This document shows, one piece after another, positions 30,322-40,887 of a stretch of 64,000 nucleotides of DNA. Both the position numbers and the translations under genes were made by a program. This stretch comes from a virus. The stretch lies in UHGV virus genome UHGV-0039337, one strand, 5' to 3'. Position 1 is the first letter of the stretch, and the number at the start of each line of letters is the position of its first letter. The notes beneath the pieces are model-generated. The model was not told the origin of the DNA. It saw only the letters and a list, made by a program, of their open reading frames with translations, and searched no databases.

Positions 30322-30681
30322 ATGGCATTGTTTCCTACAGATAATATAAAAAAAGATGGTATACAACTAGGAGGTCCTGATACTCTATGTTATAAATGTG
30401 AACTAGAACGTAGAGCAATGGATCGTGATAGTGATATACCATATGGTAAATTACAATATAAAGAAGTATTTAAAATAAATCAAGGCGGATTAGATACTTG
30501 TTTATGTATGAGACATTTTAAAGAAATGTGTGCTACTTCTCATTATATGTTAATAGATACTAATGAATGTATGGCAGTACCTCTATCAGCAATAGAAGAA
30601 TCTGCACCTGAAATAGAAGAAACACCCGAAGCAACAGAAGAAAAACCTAAGAAAAAAGATAAAAAGAAGGAGGAGAAATAA
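30322..30681 (+). CDS. Hypothetical Cys-containing protein with an acidic/lysine-rich tail (119 aa).
   Basis: ORF with a GGAGGATGATATTTT RBS. Cys pattern CYKCE...CLCMRHFKEMC. Confidence 0.45.
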   Translation: MALFPTDNIKKDGIQLGGPDTLCYKCELERRAMDRDSDIPYGKLQYKEVFKINQGGLDTCLCMRHFKEMCATSHYMLIDTNECMAVPLSAIEESAPEIEETPEATEEKPKKKDKKKEEK

Positions 30682-30817
30682 TGAAGAGTATATTAATAAA
30701 AAAGATAAAAGATGAATTTGGTATAGGTACTATAAGTGGTAAAAAATTAGAACTATATAATTTTTATGATTTAATAGGATTTGTAACACGTATGAGAAAT
30801 GGAGAAGACATAAAGTA

Positions 30818-31021
30818 ATGGCAATAAAAGAATTGAAAGCTATGATAAATAGCAGAAAAGACAAAATAGAAGCTTTAAAAAAAGTTATGTGTACAGTTGA
30901 TAGACAACAAACTATTGATCAAATAATAATAGAAATGGAAATGATATCTCGTGAGATATGGACTATAGAAGAAGTTATAATGAAAATAAAATATTTACAA
31001 GAAACAAATATAAATGATTAA
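30818..31021 (+). CDS. Small hypothetical protein (67 aa).
   Basis: ORF only. Confidence 0.4.
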   Translation: MAIKELKAMINSRKDKIEALKKVMCTVDRQQTIDQIIIEMEMISREIWTIEEVIMKIKYLQETNIND

Positions 31022-31117
31022 CTGGAGGTGATTTTATTAACAGAGTAGCCAAACAACCAAATAGAGTTAGAGGAAATATAATACAATGTATTAATTTTCA
31101 AATGTGTCCACTTTGTT

Positions 31118-31327
31118 ATGGTCGGTTGTCGTAATTATGATTCAAGATTAGAAGAATGTAGAGAGTGCTTTGAAGACGGCATACGACCAGGAGAGAAACG
31201 TAACTACAATGTATGTAATACAGATTTACATGAATCATGGAAAGTTAATAGAATGATATGCAAAAATACTGTAGAAATAGATGAAAATATAAAAATAATA
31301 AATGAAAGAGAGGATATAAATGAATAA
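31118..31327 (+). CDS. Small Cys-containing hypothetical protein (69 aa).
   Basis: Cys pattern CRNYDSRLEECRECF...C. Confidence 0.4.
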   Translation: MVGCRNYDSRLEECRECFEDGIRPGEKRNYNVCNTDLHESWKVNRMICKNTVEIDENIKIINEREDINE

Positions 31328-31514
31328 TGAAATACAAGTTATGGATGTAGTTGAATCTCTTAAAGTTCAGATAGCTGAGTTATCTTATCAAGTAGCATAT
31401 AGAGACGGTATTATAAAAGCTAAAGATAAAAGAATAGAACAGCTAGAACAAGAATCAGAGTTTGCCAAAAGAAAAAAGGCAAGCGGAGTTATAACGAAAA
31501 CTGTGGAGGAGTAA
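31320..31514 (+). CDS. Small coiled-coil hypothetical protein (64 aa).
   Basis: ORF overlapping the previous stop. GGAGG precedes the next gene. Confidence 0.4.
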   Translation: MNNEIQVMDVVESLKVQIAELSYQVAYRDGIIKAKDKRIEQLEQESEFAKRKKASGVITKTVEE

Positions 31515-31520
31515 TATAAT

Positions 31521-32069
31521 ATGCAATTTGATAAGCCATATGGAGTTAAATGTATAGAACTTATATCTTCGCTAGCGAATAAAGATAATAAACATAGATT
31601 TATAGACATCCTTAATCCTAGTTTAAAGAAATTTATAAACTTATGTTTAAATCATGCAGAAACAGAAGTATCAGACTTTGCTTTACTTGCTTGCGAAATA
31701 TTATGTGATTTAGGAGTATCAAGAGGTATATTTACTTATAATAAATTTGAAGATAAATATGAACCTTCAGAAGCATTGCAAACTATGATAGCTGCTATGA
31801 TGTTACATGATACATATATAGATGAAAAACATTTAACTACTTCTTTATATAAAGCTCGTGAAGAATTCTGGCCTATAGGTAAAGACTCTGATAATTTTAA
31901 TGGGTCAGTAATGAATGATCAAATATTAGGCCAAATATTTCAGTGTATAGAAGGACAATACGGAGCATCTACTCCAGTAGAAGGTTCTATACCAATAGTA
32001 AGATCACCACAAGAAGACTTTGCTGATGCTATATATATTGCTAAATGTTTAAATCATTGGATGAGATAA
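31521..32069 (+). CDS. Hypothetical protein (182 aa).
   Basis: ORF followed by a terminator. Confidence 0.5.
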   Translation: MQFDKPYGVKCIELISSLANKDNKHRFIDILNPSLKKFINLCLNHAETEVSDFALLACEILCDLGVSRGIFTYNKFEDKYEPSEALQTMIAAMMLHDTYIDEKHLTTSLYKAREEFWPIGKDSDNFNGSVMNDQILGQIFQCIEGQYGASTPVEGSIPIVRSPQEDFADAIYIAKCLNHWMR

Positions 32070-32094
32070 CGGCATATTCTGCCGTTATTTTTTA
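32068..32094 (+). terminator. Rho-independent terminator.
   Basis: AACGGCA-tattc-TGCCGTT followed by ATTTTTTA. Confidence 0.7.
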
Positions 32095-32136
32095 TGCTAA
32101 AGAATATATAGTATATTCAAACAAGATAACAAAGAG

Positions 32137-32994
32137 GTGGTAAATATACGCACTATAGAATTGCTTGATTATATTAAATTGCATAATGAAGTTTTATGCA
32201 AGAAAATATATAGAATTGAAATATCAAATTTACCATATGCAATTTACCGATTTGACTTATATAAAATACATAAGATGCTATGGTATATAAATTATAAATA
32301 TAACATAGTGGGTTACAAAGGAAGTATAGTAACTAAACTATTAAATAACAACCTAGACTATATTGTATATAACAGTGAAGGTTATACCAAAATGACTCCT
32401 ACCAATTATATAGATTTTGAGATGTCAAATAGTGAATATAAAAAATTTATAGAAAAATATAGCGATACATTAAGAACTATTTATTATTTATCTACATTTG
32501 ATACAGGATTCATAGTAAATAAAAAAGGAATAATACATTTAATAGCTGATATATACAATATATCATTAACAGGAGATGTAGATTATATAGATGAATCTAA
32601 AGAATATGAAATACATATAAATAATAAATATTATTTTACATCAATGGGTTATTTAAAAAACGAGTTAGGAATTAATAACATAATAAGAAATGATCTATGC
32701 TATGCTAGAGAAATAGGTCCTGGTGATATACAATCATATAAAAATTATACATATAATGTAGATATTTCATTACATAAAAATGATTCAACAAATACTATTG
32801 ATGATGATTTATTGACAAAAGGATACAAACATGAAGTGCTACAATGGTTTTATACACAAGATGAATCTAATATAATATCTTCGCCTTCTCCTAGCTATCC
32901 TGCACAAGTTACAATAGATACTGCAACAAACACTACACGATATTTTGATGGTAACCAATGGGTTACTGTAATAGGTAACGGTAGGGAGGCTTGA
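32137..32994 (+). CDS. Hypothetical protein (285 aa).
   Basis: ORF with an AAAGAGGTGG RBS. Confidence 0.5.
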   Translation: MVNIRTIELLDYIKLHNEVLCKKIYRIEISNLPYAIYRFDLYKIHKMLWYINYKYNIVGYKGSIVTKLLNNNLDYIVYNSEGYTKMTPTNYIDFEMSNSEYKKFIEKYSDTLRTIYYLSTFDTGFIVNKKGIIHLIADIYNISLTGDVDYIDESKEYEIHINNKYYFTSMGYLKNELGINNIIRNDLCYAREIGPGDIQSYKNYTYNVDISLHKNDSTNTIDDDLLTKGYKHEVLQWFYTQDESNIISSPSPSYPAQVTIDTATNTTRYFDGNQWVTVIGNGREA

Positions 32995-32995
32995 T

Positions 32996-33757
32996 ATGCA
33001 AATAGAATATAAAGACTTGGAGTTATATAAAAAATGTCCAGTTAAGCATTACATGAAAACATGTGGTTATCATGTATCTCATAAATCATATAACGACTAT
33101 TTACACGATATGTATAATTTTCTATTAGCAGCTATGTTTTATCATGGTGAAGATGCCGTTGGAATTACAGAAAAATACTGGGAAGATGCATATAGAAAGA
33201 ATCAAGATATAATAACAGAAAAGCAATGGCTCAAAGGTGTAGGTTATATGTGTAATATCTATGATTACTTTTTATATTCTAATATGAAAATAGTAGCTGT
33301 TAATTATCCTTATTTAATAGAGTTTCCAGAATATAATGTAGCACTAACAGGTAATATACCAATGATTGCTAATGAAGGCAACGATAATCAATATATTATT
33401 ATTGATCCTTCTTTTAGTAATAAAATGAAAACGAATAAAGACCTGGATCATGACATTAAATACAGCGCTTACTCTAAAGCTATAAGAGATTTATATGATA
33501 GTACAGCTATTATTATTAATAGAAATTTTAATTTAGGACAGGAATGTCTACCTATTATGCGTAATGAAATGCATTACTCAAGATTAGGATTGATAGTAAA
33601 AAATACAATAGAAGCTATTAAAAATGAAATATATATACCTTGTGATGATTATACATGTAATTCATGTAAACTATGTGGTATATGTACATATTGGGGAACA
33701 AGCGCTTTTATTAATCGTAATAAAGTACAGGCCGAACATATTACAAAGAATAAATAA
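32996..33757 (+). CDS. Hypothetical protein with a C-terminal Cys cluster. Possibly a PD-(D/E)xK (Cas4/RecB-like) nuclease carrying an Fe-S cluster.
   Basis: C-terminus YIPCDDYTCNSCKLCGICTYWG. IIIDPSF and YSAYSKAIRDLY resemble nuclease motif II and the QxxxY motif. The match is weak. Confidence 0.45.
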   Translation: MQIEYKDLELYKKCPVKHYMKTCGYHVSHKSYNDYLHDMYNFLLAAMFYHGEDAVGITEKYWEDAYRKNQDIITEKQWLKGVGYMCNIYDYFLYSNMKIVAVNYPYLIEFPEYNVALTGNIPMIANEGNDNQYIIIDPSFSNKMKTNKDLDHDIKYSAYSKAIRDLYDSTAIIINRNFNLGQECLPIMRNEMHYSRLGLIVKNTIEAIKNEIYIPCDDYTCNSCKLCGICTYWGTSAFINRNKVQAEHITKNK

Positions 33758-33772
33758 AGGTGGTGCTCTTGC

Positions 33773-33889
33773 ATGGGTAAAAGAAAAGGTATACTTATAA
33801 AAGAAGAAGTAGGATTTGTTCCACAAGTTATAGATAAGAAAAAATCTGATAATAAAGATAATAAAAAAGATAAGAAAACTAAGAAATAA
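33773..33889 (+). CDS. Small basic protein (38 aa, MGKRKGILIKEEVGFVPQVIDKKKSDNKDNKKDKKTKK). Not in the supplied ORF track.
   Basis: ATG preceded by an AAAGGTGGTG RBS, in a gap between genes. Confidence 0.3.
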   Translation: MGKRKGILIKEEVGFVPQVIDKKKSDNKDNKKDKKTKK

Positions 33890-33954
33890 AGGCGATAGAA
33901 ACGAAATACTTATTAAGTCTATCGATAAAATTAAAGGAGTGGGGAGATAATTAT

Positions 33955-34455
33955 ATGGCTAAGAAATATAAGAACAAGAAAAATAGTCGTGCTAGTATGG
34001 GTAAAATATTTCACAAGAAAACAACAATAGACGGGATAACTTTCGATAGTGAAACAGAAGCTAGATATTATGAATATATACGTGATAATAAAAAAGAACT
34101 GAATATAAAAGAGATAGAATTACAGCCACAATTTGTATTGCAAAATAAATATATACTTACTCCAAACGGTAGACGTATCGACTATAAAGATGATAAACAG
34201 TTTAGAATGGAGCAAAAGAAATATCCTAAATGTACGCATCAAGCTATAAAATATATAGCAGACTTTAAGATAACATATAATGATAACACTATAGATATTG
34301 TTGACGTTAAAGGAACAAAAACGCCAGATTTCAAAATAAAAGAAAAAATATTTAATTATGTGTATCCCGAATATCATAAGTTAAAATGTATAGCTTATTA
34401 TCGTGGCGAATGGTTATTATGGGATGACTATAAAAAGAAAAGTAAAAAGAAATAA
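33955..34455 (+). CDS. Basic hypothetical protein (166 aa).
   Basis: ORF with a GGAGTGGGGAGATAATTAT RBS. Confidence 0.45.
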   Translation: MAKKYKNKKNSRASMGKIFHKKTTIDGITFDSETEARYYEYIRDNKKELNIKEIELQPQFVLQNKYILTPNGRRIDYKDDKQFRMEQKKYPKCTHQAIKYIADFKITYNDNTIDIVDVKGTKTPDFKIKEKIFNYVYPEYHKLKCIAYYRGEWLLWDDYKKKSKKK

Positions 34456-34463
34456 TTGCAATA

Positions 34464-35381
34464 TTGGGAGCGATAAAATATATACTGCAAGGGAGATTAA
34501 AATTGAAACCATATGATAATCAAAATGCATTAGCTTTATCTAATGAAGAAAGATTAGAACAATGGGCAGAAGTTGAAGGATTAGTTTTAACATATCAACA
34601 ATATCTACATGACCCCACTGAATCATATCTATCAGAAGAGGCAGCTTACACACTTATGCAGAAATTCTCACCGTTATTCAAATCGTATTTAACAGTAATA
34701 AAATATAATCAAATAGATTGGTCTAGTAAAGAACAAAAGTTGTTTGTTGCTCAATTTATCGGTGACAGAAGACTTAGACAGTTCTTAACTTCTTCTAAAA
34801 AGAAATCAAGTTCAGAAACTAAAGCTAGAATATATGAAGCATTTAATTTTGTAGCAGTAACGTACGGATCATTAAATGAAGAAGATATATTAAGTGATTT
34901 ATATGTATGTTTTATGACATTAATGCAACGCTATAAACAAACAGGTAAAAACTTTTGTGCTTATGTAGCCAATGTATATCATTATGAAGTTTCTAGATAT
35001 ATTAAGAAGTTTACAAGTAACCCATTAGCTGTTAACTATAAGACTTGTACATACGAAGATTCTACCAATGGAGATAGTAATAGTAATATAGAGAACTCAT
35101 ATGAAGATTCCTATTATGAGTCTTATGTAGGTCTTCCAGATTATACATGGATAAATGGAGAAACATGTGATGAGTTATTTGATGACTTGAGTATATTACA
35201 ACGTAAAATATTAGTAGAATATTATATGGAAGATTATAATGATAGCCAAATAGGTGAACATACAGCTACTAATATAGGTACAGTAAATGGTAAACGTAGA
35301 AAAGCCATTAATAACATATGTGTTAAGCTTAACATAGATCCTAAAACAATTCCAAGACAAAGAAAAAATGGCAGGAGATAA
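34464..35381 (+). CDS. Sigma-70 family sigma factor with a long N-terminal extension. The real start is probably the TTG at 34503 after the AAGGGAGA RBS.
   Basis: Region-2-like DLYVCFMTLMQRYKQTGKNFCAYVANVYHYEVSRYIKK. Region-4 HTH LSILQRKILVEYYMEDYNDSQIGEHTATNIGTVNGKRRKAI. Confidence 0.6.
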   Translation: MGAIKYILQGRLKLKPYDNQNALALSNEERLEQWAEVEGLVLTYQQYLHDPTESYLSEEAAYTLMQKFSPLFKSYLTVIKYNQIDWSSKEQKLFVAQFIGDRRLRQFLTSSKKKSSSETKARIYEAFNFVAVTYGSLNEEDILSDLYVCFMTLMQRYKQTGKNFCAYVANVYHYEVSRYIKKFTSNPLAVNYKTCTYEDSTNGDSNSNIENSYEDSYYESYVGLPDYTWINGETCDELFDDLSILQRKILVEYYMEDYNDSQIGEHTATNIGTVNGKRRKAINNICVKLNIDPKTIPRQRKNGRR

Positions 35382-35394
35382 TCCTGCTTTTTTA
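35372..35394 (+). terminator. Rho-independent terminator (the sigma-gene stop codon lies in the loop).
   Basis: GCAGGA-gataa-TCCTGC followed by TTTTTT. Confidence 0.65.
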
Positions 35395-35438
35395 ATGTAT
35401 AAAAAGTATATATTAAGTACATAATAAAGTTAACGGGA

Positions 35439-37139
35439 GTGATAAATATTAAAATAATAGAGCGTAAAGCTGATATAAATAAGGTAAATGAATTATCAAA
35501 TAAATATAATATATCAAAAGATATAGTTAGTTTTCTATTAGGGCGTAATGTTCCTGATAATATAATTCCATTACTTGTAGCTAAAAATGAGATAGATTTA
35601 TTACCATATGATTCATTGACTAATGTAAAAGAAGCAGCAAGTATTATTGCTAAACATATAGAGAATGATTCCAATATATTTATATACGGAGATTATGACG
35701 CAGATGGAGTAAGTGCAACTTATATCATGTATCAAGCTTTAGTGGAACTAATAGAAGCTAACCTACAATACAATAGTAGCGTATATTATCATTTACCTAA
35801 TAGAAGTGAAGGATATGGACTTAATATAGATTGGTGTAAAGCTATTCCTACTAATAACTCATTAGTTATAACAGTTGATAATGGAATAACAAAAAGAGAA
35901 GAAGTTGAATATTTAAAAACTAACAATATAGAAGTGTTAATAACTGATCATCATAAACCACAAAAAGGTATGATACCAGACTGTACAATAGTAGATGCTC
36001 ATCTATATGATACAGATAATATAAATTCTTGTGGATTATGTGGCGCTGCAGTAGCATTTAAAATTATAGCTCAATTATATAAAAACTATGGATACGACTA
36101 TTCTTATATAAAAAAATATGTAGCACATGTAGGTATAGCTACTATAACAGATGTAATGCCTTTTACAGAAGAGAATGTAATATTTATTAGTAATGCTTTA
36201 AAATATATAAATGATTATCCTTATAGTAATGAAGAATACGCTCCAGTAACAGAATCTATATATTATTATGCTGAATCAAATAAAGGTAGTAAAGTTACTC
36301 CAAAAGACATAGCTTTTGGATTTGGTCCTCAAATAAATAGTTGTGGTAGAATGGGAGATATTCAAGTAGCTATGGATTTTATGTTAGCTACAGATGAAGA
36401 AGAACTATCAAATGTATTTAAAACAATGTGTCGACTTAATGACGACAGGAAAAATAAAACTAGCTTAAATATGGTTACTATACAACCTCCAAAGCTAACT
36501 GATTTAGCATTAATAATAAAACTTAATAATATAGAAGGTATAGCAGGATCTATAGCAAGTAATTTGTGCGAACAATACAATATGCCAGTAATAGTATTTA
36601 ATAACGAAGATGAAATATTATCCGGTAGTGCAAGATGTCCTGAATGTTATGATATGCAATGGTTATTGAATAATACAGATCATGTACTAACATTTGGTGG
36701 ACATACTAGTGCCGCAGGATTAAGCATAAAAGCTAAAGACTTTAAAATATTTAAAGACTCTTTTAATAAAGCAGTATCTAAAGCTCCCGTATCCGTATCA
36801 ATAGATGATACAGTATATGTAGATAAGATATTAACATCGTCTGATTTAAATAAATATACTATAACTCAATATGATAGCGTATTATTCTTTAATGAATTTA
36901 CTAGACCTATATATGCTTTAGAAAATATATACATAAAAGGCTATCATTTATCTAAAAATAATCCTAACAATATATGCTTTCATATTAAAACGAAAACTAA
37001 AGAAGTTAAGGTATGGTGTTGGGGTTACAAAGATAAATATAAAGCATTAGGTGAACCAAGTTTAGTAAATATAATAGGTTCTCTTGAAATATTTAACGGT
37101 ATGTTTGTAATAAATATATTAGATATAGAAGCGGTTTAA
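35439..37139 (+). CDS. RecJ-like single-stranded-DNA exonuclease (DHH/DHHA1 phosphoesterase).
   Basis: IFIYGDYDADGVSA (motif I/II), ITVDNGI, and VLITDHHKP (DHH motif). 566 aa. Sits immediately upstream of DnaE, as in the SPbeta YorK/YorL arrangement. Confidence 0.75.
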   Translation: MINIKIIERKADINKVNELSNKYNISKDIVSFLLGRNVPDNIIPLLVAKNEIDLLPYDSLTNVKEAASIIAKHIENDSNIFIYGDYDADGVSATYIMYQALVELIEANLQYNSSVYYHLPNRSEGYGLNIDWCKAIPTNNSLVITVDNGITKREEVEYLKTNNIEVLITDHHKPQKGMIPDCTIVDAHLYDTDNINSCGLCGAAVAFKIIAQLYKNYGYDYSYIKKYVAHVGIATITDVMPFTEENVIFISNALKYINDYPYSNEEYAPVTESIYYYAESNKGSKVTPKDIAFGFGPQINSCGRMGDIQVAMDFMLATDEEELSNVFKTMCRLNDDRKNKTSLNMVTIQPPKLTDLALIIKLNNIEGIAGSIASNLCEQYNMPVIVFNNEDEILSGSARCPECYDMQWLLNNTDHVLTFGGHTSAAGLSIKAKDFKIFKDSFNKAVSKAPVSVSIDDTVYVDKILTSSDLNKYTITQYDSVLFFNEFTRPIYALENIYIKGYHLSKNNPNNICFHIKTKTKEVKVWCWGYKDKYKALGEPSLVNIIGSLEIFNGMFVINILDIEAV

Positions 37140-37160
37140 TCAACCGTTTCTTTTTTTATG
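37131..37160 (+). terminator. Weak terminator/attenuator between recJ-like and dnaE-like genes.
   Basis: GCGGTT-taatc-AACCGT followed by TTCTTTTTTTAT. Confidence 0.4.
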
Positions 37161-37197
37161 CTATAATATATACTAAATATAAAATGAAAGCTAGGGG

Positions 37198-40100
37198 ATG
37201 ATTAATATAAGTTTTATACATTGTCATGTTCATACAATTTATTCTATGCTCGACGGCTACTGTAAAATAGATGACTTAATAGAAAAAGCCAAAGAATATA
37301 ATATGTCTTCAATATGTATAACTGATCATGGTACACTTGCAGGTATTTATGAGTTTAATGATAAATGCAAAAAAGCAGGATTAAAACCTATATTAGGTAT
37401 TGAAGTATATCAAACTCATGACATATCAAAAATAATACTGCCAGTAGAAGAAAGAAAAAAGATAGCTTGGGATAAATATTTAGAAATAAACAATATAACA
37501 GATGAAAAAAGCCTAGGCAAGCTAACTAATAAGAAAAAAGCAGAACTAAGTTCAGAATATATATATGATACCAAAGGATATCATTTAATCTTAATAGCAA
37601 AAAACCAAACAGGTTGGAATAATCTCGTTAAGTTAAGTAGTAAAGCAAATGATATAGCAATGTTTAATGGTAAAGGGCATATAGATTATAATTTATTAAA
37701 GCAATATAGCGAAGGATTAATATGCACTACAGCATGTATAAGTTCTATGTTTAATCATGCATTATCTAACAATAATATGGATAAAGCTGTTAAGCATATA
37801 AAAATATTATTGGATATATTTCATGATGATTTATACATAGAGTTACAACCTTTAGAATGGAATAAGCAGGTTGAAATAAATAAAAAAGCTATTAAAATAG
37901 CTAAACAATATAATATTAAAACTATAGCAACTAGTGATGTACATTATACCAATTATGAAGATGATTATGAACACGATATATTATTATGTATAGGTACTGG
38001 CAAAACATATAACGACCCTAATAGAATGAAATACGATCATGAATATTGGTTTAGAAATGAAAACGAAATGATAGATGGTTTTAATAGAAGTAATTATACA
38101 AGTGAAGAGATGCAAGCTATTAAAACTGCTATAAATAATACAACATTATTAGCAGATACTGTAGAAGATAATATACAAGTAGGTAGCGATCATGAACTAT
38201 TACCAGAGGTAGATGTACCTGAAGGTTATACAACTAAATCATGGTTAAAGCGTCAATGCTGGACTAACTTATATAAATATCTAACAGACAATAACTTAAT
38301 GGATAAACGTTATATTTATGAGTCTAGATTAAAAGAAGAACTTGATGTAATAATAACTAAAGGTTTTGCTGGATATATGTTAATAGTTCAAGACATAATA
38401 AATATTGGTCAACAAGCTGGTTGTAGTTTTGGGCCTGGACGTGGTAGCGTTGGTGGTTGTCTTGTAGCCTTCTTGCTCGGCATAAGTAAAGGAATAGATC
38501 CTATTGAATATGGATTACTATTCTTTAGATTTTTAACTGTTTCTAGAACTGCAAATCCAGATATTGATAGCGACTGCAGTCAGGTTGATAGACAAAAACT
38601 ATTAAGAATAATAAATAATAAGTATCATAACACTAATGTTACTCAAGTAGGTACATTAACTACATTAGGAGTTAAAAATGGCGTTAAAGATGTCATGCGT
38701 GTATTGAATTATAGTTTTGCAGAATCAAATGCTGTATCTAAAAAATTAGATGAAATATATGCTGAACCAGATTTATCTTTTAAAAAGCTTGATAGTTTTG
38801 AATCTGAAGATCCAGAATTATATAAAAAATATAAAGAGTTAGAATCAGAATATCCTAACGTATTTAAGTTAGCACGTAAATTTAATGGATGTCCTAGAAA
38901 TATGGGAGTACATGCTGGAGGTGTAGGTATAACACCTACTCCAATAAATGATATATATCCTACTAGAAATATTGATGGTAAAAAAGTTACTGTATGGGAA
39001 AAAGATACAATAGAAAAAGCAGGAATCGTCAAAATAGATATGTTAGGATTAAAAACTATATCTGTAATAGAATTATGCTTAAAGTTTATAAAAAAGAATC
39101 ATGATATAGATATATCATTAAACGAACTTTATAATAATAAAGAAATACGTAATGATTCTAATGTATTTAATATGCTATCAGAAGGTAAAACTGATGGTGT
39201 ATTTCAATTTGAAAGTAACTTATTTAAAAATGCTTGTAAGAACGTTAAACCTACAGATATAAATGACTTAATAGCAATTACTGCATTTAATAGACCTGGC
39301 CCATTATCTGCCGGCTTCGATAAGAAATATGCTAATAGAAAAAATGGATTAGAACCTGTAAATTATCCTTTAGGTTGTGATGATATATTAGGTGATACAT
39401 ACGGATGTCTATTATATCAAGAACAATGTATGTTAATATCAAAAAAGGTAGCTGGCTTCGATGATAATCAGGCAGATACATATTTAAGAAAATCACTAGC
39501 CAAAAAGAAACGTGCTTTAATAGATCTTTGTAGACAGTGGTTTATATATGGAAAACCTGAACATGACGAATACGGATCACCTATAGAAGGTGGTATTAAT
39601 AGAGGATATGATGAACAAGAACTTAAAGACTTTTTCGATGAGTTAGAAGGGTACGCTAGTTACGTTTTTAATAAAAGTCATGCAGCGAGTTATAGTCTTC
39701 TAACAGTAATTAGTGCATGGTTAAAATATTATTATTCTGAAGAATTCTTTGCAGCTCTTCTTACTTATTCAGTTGATGAAAAAGCTGATTTATATAATGA
39801 TATATTAAGTAAACAATATGACATACATATAACTGTACCAGATATAAAGAACTTATCTGAAAATTATAATCCAACACAAGGTAAAATAGCATATGGAATA
39901 TCTAAAATAAAAGGAGTAGGTGCTACAGCAATATCTACTATATTAAATGCAGGACCATATGAAAGTGTAGAAGATTTTATAACTAAAGTAAATAAGTATG
40001 ATAAAGCACGTGGTAGTAAAAAAACTGTTAATAAAACAGCTATTATTGCTCTTATTAAAGCAGGAGCTTTTGACTCCTTGGGTGAAACTAATAGATTTAA

Positions 40101-40509
40101 ATTAATTAATCAAGCTTATAATGCACGTAAAGATAAAGACGAAAGACTTGATGAATCTACATGGTCAAAATCTTGTGCTCAAGCATTAGAAATAGAGGTA
40201 TTAAATACATCTATAACTTATCCATTAATATTTAATTCTGCTATGGATAAAGATATTATAACTTTAGAAAACTGTAGAATAATAAACGTTACTGAGAAAA
40301 AAGATAAAAATGGTAAACTTATGGCTTTTGTAAAAGTAAAAGTTAATGATATAGAACCAGTAGATGTTGTAGTATTTAGTAGTTTATATTTAAATAATTA
40401 TGATTTATTTGATGTTAGATATGGCGATGTTATAAATATAACAGGAGAAAAAGACGGAAAGAAATTAAAATTTAAGAAAGGAAGAAGAGAAAAGAAAGAA
40501 GATAATTAA
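37198..40509 (+). CDS. dnaE: DNA polymerase III alpha subunit (DnaE-type, PHP domain), full length (1103 aa).
   Basis: N-terminal PHP motif HCHVHTIYSMLDG...ITDHGTL. FGPGRGSVGGCLVAFLLGI...RFLTVSRTANPDIDSD. Catalytic-region MGVHAGGVGI and a C-terminal OB-like region. Confidence 0.85.
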   Translation: MINISFIHCHVHTIYSMLDGYCKIDDLIEKAKEYNMSSICITDHGTLAGIYEFNDKCKKAGLKPILGIEVYQTHDISKIILPVEERKKIAWDKYLEINNITDEKSLGKLTNKKKAELSSEYIYDTKGYHLILIAKNQTGWNNLVKLSSKANDIAMFNGKGHIDYNLLKQYSEGLICTTACISSMFNHALSNNNMDKAVKHIKILLDIFHDDLYIELQPLEWNKQVEINKKAIKIAKQYNIKTIATSDVHYTNYEDDYEHDILLCIGTGKTYNDPNRMKYDHEYWFRNENEMIDGFNRSNYTSEEMQAIKTAINNTTLLADTVEDNIQVGSDHELLPEVDVPEGYTTKSWLKRQCWTNLYKYLTDNNLMDKRYIYESRLKEELDVIITKGFAGYMLIVQDIINIGQQAGCSFGPGRGSVGGCLVAFLLGISKGIDPIEYGLLFFRFLTVSRTANPDIDSDCSQVDRQKLLRIINNKYHNTNVTQVGTLTTLGVKNGVKDVMRVLNYSFAESNAVSKKLDEIYAEPDLSFKKLDSFESEDPELYKKYKELESEYPNVFKLARKFNGCPRNMGVHAGGVGITPTPINDIYPTRNIDGKKVTVWEKDTIEKAGIVKIDMLGLKTISVIELCLKFIKKNHDIDISLNELYNNKEIRNDSNVFNMLSEGKTDGVFQFESNLFKNACKNVKPTDINDLIAITAFNRPGPLSAGFDKKYANRKNGLEPVNYPLGCDDILGDTYGCLLYQEQCMLISKKVAGFDDNQADTYLRKSLAKKKRALIDLCRQWFIYGKPEHDEYGSPIEGGINRGYDEQELKDFFDELEGYASYVFNKSHAASYSLLTVISAWLKYYYSEEFFAALLTYSVDEKADLYNDILSKQYDIHITVPDIKNLSENYNPTQGKIAYGISKIKGVGATAISTILNAGPYESVEDFITKVNKYDKARGSKKTVNKTAIIALIKAGAFDSLGETNRFKLINQAYNARKDKDERLDESTWSKSCAQALEIEVLNTSITYPLIFNSAMDKDIITLENCRIINVTEKKDKNGKLMAFVKVKVNDIEPVDVVVFSSLYLNNYDLFDVRYGDVINITGEKDGKKLKFKKGRREKKEDN

Positions 40510-40534
40510 AAGATAATTAAAAAAAAAGAAAAAG

Positions 40535-40564
40535 AAAAAATAACCCGGAAGGGTTATTTTTTTA
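40535..40564. terminator. Bidirectional rho-independent terminator between convergent genes.
   Basis: A-run, then TAACCC-ggaa-GGGTTA, then TTTTTTT. Confidence 0.75.
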
Positions 40565-40581
40565 TGGTTTTAAAAAAAGAA

Positions 40582-40887
40582 TTATAAAGTATATATTAAC
40601 TCAATAATAGATGCTTTAGTTTCATCATCATATTTAGATCTTTTTATCACTTCAACTAAATCTTCTACTGGACTTATTTGCCATAAGTTATCATCAGACA
40701 TTACACTATATGTATTATCTTCGAATAATGCTTGTAATGTATATATACCTAATTCCTTATTTGATTCTGTGCGTACTGGCTTTATATCTATTATCTTACA
40801 TAATCTACTTTTATTAAAATTTGCCTTATCTATAGAATTCTCTAATTGTCCTATATGCAAATAAACTTTATCATTAATATTTAGCAT
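40582..40887 (-). CDS. Hypothetical protein (101 aa).
   Basis: ORF with a GGTGGT SD-like sequence upstream. Confidence 0.45.
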   Translation of the reverse strand: MLNINDKVYLHIGQLENSIDKANFNKSRLCKIIDIKPVRTESNKELGIYTLQALFEDNTYSVMSDDNLWQISPVEDLVEVIKRSKYDDETKASIIELIYTL

